This document shows, piece after piece, positions 60,733 to 64,000 of a stretch of DNA of 64,000 nt. The notes beneath the pieces are model-generated. The model saw only the letters and a program-made list of their open reading frames with translations. It searched no databases and had not been told where the DNA came from. The position numbers and the translations under genes were made by a program. The stretch spans positions 248,001 to 312,000 of the forward strand of contig ML978133.1 in the NCBI GenBank assembly GCA_010015805.1. Direction: 5' to 3'. This DNA is from Rhizodiscina lignyota (lineage: Eukaryota). Each line of letters begins with the position of its first letter. Position 1 is the stretch's first letter.

Positions 60733-62432
60733 TCATCGCTCTGCTCGCCTCTGGCGAGTCTTCTTGCCAACGGTATTCGCCTCCTCTTCCTGCTCTTCTT
60801 CGCCTTTCTTAAGTGGAACCTCCAATCCCCACTCTTCTATGTCATACCAGTCCTCGCCATCACTCATCTCTCCAACATGACCCTCTGCCTTTGCCCACTT
60901 CAGAACGTTCTTACGCTTCCGATTCGCAAGTAGAAGGCCGTTGTGCAGCTCCTCGACGCCACGAACAATCTCTTCCTGTTTTGCAACATACATTGACAGC
61001 AACGTTCGCGCGTCTTCAGCTTCCTTTCGCGGAAGACCAAAATCGGCATCCGGTGTGGCAGCTGGCGGGAAGAGAAAGAGAGGGTGTACGGGCGGAATCT
61101 CCTCTTCGTTTAACTGGGCCGAGGTGATTGTTGGTGAGGATTGTGAGGATTGCTTGTTCGCTTGAGCTCGTGTCCTCATACGGTGAGAAGTTGGTTGTGA
61201 GGTGGAGTCCTCGTCTTCTTCGCCGTGACCCGATCCCACGTCCTCGATATTTGTCGTAGTTTGTCCATTTGATGGAGTTCCCTGTTGGCCATCCTGCATG
61301 CTTTTGTCGAGCCCCGTTTCTTCATTCGATTCTGTAGCTTTGCCGGGACCACCAAGCTCTTCATCCGCTTTCTTTTGGTCGTTTGGGCTTATGCCTGGGG
61401 CACCATATCCTTCGGTTTGCGCATGAATTGCTATCCCTACCCCATTTTGGCCGGCTTGGATATCGATTGCTTGTTCCGTCCCATTAGTCAGGGTAATGCC
61501 AGCTCCGTCGGCCATTTCAGTGTCAGTATGCCTTCCAGCCGCCGGATGCATGGCATCCCCTGCTTCTTGTGCACCAACCAAGTTTTCGCTTGATCCATTT
61601 CCACTTTTTGGGTTGCTAGTGTGCGAGTCGAGGCCAACAAATGGTTGGCTATGTCCTAGGTTCCCAAACCAGCGGCCGCCCAGCAACAGATCATCAAACT
61701 CTGTATGCATCACTCCGCAAGGCGCAAAAGCAGGGTCGCCTCGCAGAGTTGTCAATAGCCTCTTCAATTTTAACAAGTTCTTCTGTTCTCGGCGGAGGGT
61801 GTCGGAGACGTCTATGATCATTTGGTCGATGGCTTTAGACTTGTAGGCAGGCGCCATACCAATGTGGTTTGGAAGGTCGGATGCAGTTGTCAGAGGAGCG
61901 AGGATTTCTGCAATATGAAGCATAAGCACTGTGCGCAGGCTGGGGAATCAGGTAAACTGACCTTCGATTTTGATGTCTCCATATATGTTGTCTTCAGCAG
62001 GTGATATCTCGGCTTCCACATCATCATTATCATCCTCCAAGATCAGATCTCCGTCTTCATCGTATCGAGGTGGGTTGCGGTAGATTATGTTTCGTTCGTA
62101 ACCCGCGTGGTTTATCTTCTGAGAGGATTTTAGCGCTAACAACTCAGTAACCATCCTGTCCACATACCCTGGAGTAGACGGATGGACCTGTCCCAATGTT
62201 CAAGCGACCCTCCTGAACATAGCGCGCATCATGCCTCAGTTTGTTGCCGCGATTCGTTGGTCGATCGATCGGGTCTTCGCCGTCCGAGTCTGCCAATTTC
62301 AGAGTTAGCATTTGCTTCAATTGAAGGGCATGGAACTTGAGGGTAGAGAAATGTCTCACCATCATTCAACCGAGCCAAAGTCCTCTTCATCTCGACAATG
62401 GTGTCGACAATTCGCGCTTGTGCTGCTGCCAT
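60733..62432 (-). CDS. RXT2: Rpd3L histone deacetylase complex subunit Rxt2-like, multi-exon
   Basis: MAAAQARIVDTIVEMKR, TNRGNKL, INHAGYERNII, ILAPLTTASDLPNH, WAKAEGHVGEMSDGEDWYD.EEWGL..PLKKG. Confidence 0.85.
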
Positions 62433-62907
62433 GTTGGGTGGTGGGATCGGAGAATCTGCGAATGCGAGCTATTGGTTTTGGGTGAGGGACATGAAAAGCA
62501 GCGCAATAAGCGCAGTCTCGCGATGATTCAAATGGCTAAGTTCGAAAGTTGCATAAAGAGAAAGTGGGCGCGGTGATGGAGGAGAGATCTAGTCGGTCGC
62601 GGAGCTCCACGTTCTTGAATCTGGAATCGCGTTAAGTGCAGGGATATTCGCGGTCCGTGCTCCACTGACGCACCGAAGTCTTGGCAGCCTTTCGGGACTT
62701 GCCATATTCACCTTCCCGTGACATCGCGTCTGAAAGTCCAGCGATATAGCATAAAGACCGAGTGAGAGAAACACGAAACTACTGGAGAGGCATCTCTGTG
62801 GCTAGCTGCACCCTGCCCGAAGTCCGCGTTTTCGCCGAATGTACCTACTTCAAATTCATCATGCATCGATGACCGGTCTCACCATCTGATACGTCGAAAC
62901 CACGGCG

Positions 62908-64000
62908 ATGGACGCATATCCTGAGGAATATGTCGAGCACAACCTCCCATTCATAGTGTTGTTTGGTCTTGAACAAGAAGATGGGTTCGAGGATGATGCC
63001 TATGAAAGAGCTCTGTTGCGAACTGGTGGCTTTATCGTCAAGTCAGAACTACCTCCTGTTTCGGGAGACCAAGCGCAATCCCTCATTCGAGAGCTTCTGA
63101 AGACCGATGCAACTGGCCAGGCATGGAATGGGAGAAATGGATCGGGCCAGAGCACTAATATAGGATTCAAATTTCATCAAACGGGGAGGGTACGTTGACC
63201 TATGCTGGAAAGACTCCTTTCATTACTCATGCTCTGGACAGAAGTATGTTCTCCCTCCTCGCAAAGCCAACCCGCCTGAAAGTTCCTTTGGAGCCTCATC
63301 ACCTAGAAGTCCCAACTCGTCGCCGCCAGCATTGGTCTTACATTCTCCATTGTCTCCACTTTCTCCAGACTCCCCTATTTTCCCAGATGGGCTGATGTCC
63401 CATCTATGGCTCAAGAAGCACCAGAACTACGTGCCATCAACTTTGGTATCGTTCTTCAACTTCACATCAAACGCAAATCTCAATTCGCTGAACGACAATC
63501 AATTGAAATCGGATATCAACCAGATTAGCAGTGCGCTGCGAAGCTCAGGCTGCAAGACACGGCACGTTGTTGTTTTGGTCAGCGACAAAAGCATCGCAGC
63601 AGCTCCTGATGTTGAGGAACGGCTTGCAGGTGTCAGACGATCGACTGGGTTGGATCCCAAGAATTCATTATTCTTCTTCCCTCCAGCCACGTCCAATGTA
63701 GAAGTTGCAGCCTTTGCAAGTTCGTTGTTGTCCGCGCTCCAACCGTATTGCGTCGAGTATTATCGCGATCTCACCAAGCACTCGCGGCGAAAGAAAGCTC
63801 GCGGAACCATTCCGCCGCCAACCGCTCCACCAACGAAGGGAACGTCTCAATCACTGTCTGCACCGGGTTGGAACGTGCGCTACGAATTCAAGCTCGGTGT
63901 ATTTGCCGAATTTCGCCAGGAGATGGACGCTGCAGGCAGACACTACAACTTCGCGCTTGACGCGCTGCTGAGTGCTGATGGGATGTTTGAGACTACTGCC
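62908..64000 (+). CDS. TRAPPC11/Gryzun (foie gras) family trafficking protein, 5' part (runs off the window)
   Basis: MDAYPEEYVEHNLPFIVLFGL; after an intron LHSPLSPLSPDSPIFPDGLMSHLWLKKHQ, EYYRDLTKHSRRKK, GWNVRYEFKLGVFAEFRQEMDAA. Confidence 0.88.

Noticed and set aside
1..64000. tRNA, rRNA, CRISPR arrays, transposases, LTRs
   Set aside because: None recognised by eye; tRNAscan-SE, Infernal and RepeatModeler would be needed to exclude small or degenerate elements

Overview
Gene-dense window of a filamentous ascomycete genome (Pezizomycotina; short GT-AG introns with CTRAC-like branch points), with about 28 protein-coding genes and no tRNA, rRNA, CRISPR array or intact transposon that I can support. 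Layout: (i) 0.3-12 kb accessory block: type II NADH dehydrogenase, SDR, two Zn2Cys6 regulators flanking a DJ-1/PfpI gene, MFS permease. (ii) 13-30 kb housekeeping/RNA-processing run: SEN54, DBR1, RPP21/SNM1-like, ZPR1, PPIL3-type cyclophilin, arrestin. (iii) 31-53 kb apparent sugar/polyol catabolic cluster: xylose-reductase-like AKR, two convergent TF genes, DAS-like transketolase, LadC-like polyol dehydrogenase, sugar porter, CE5 esterase. This cluster is interrupted by (iv) a 37-45 kb block. (v) 54-64 kb housekeeping genes: thioesterase, MAK21, mitochondrial ProRS, RXT2, partial TRAPPC11. The standout is in block (iv). A 3-exon gene of which the ORF track shows only the first exon (40838-41134) encodes a 59-aa cytosolic ribosomal protein S29/uS14 homolog with three of the four zinc-ligand cysteines replaced (C/A/S/A). 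It lies directly upstream of a COG0523/CobW zinc-metallochaperone GTPase and next to a divergent Rei1-like pre-60S factor. This looks like a eukaryotic counterpart of the bacterial zinc-starvation 'C-minus ribosomal protein + COG0523' system. All exon boundaries were inferred by eye and no database searches were run.
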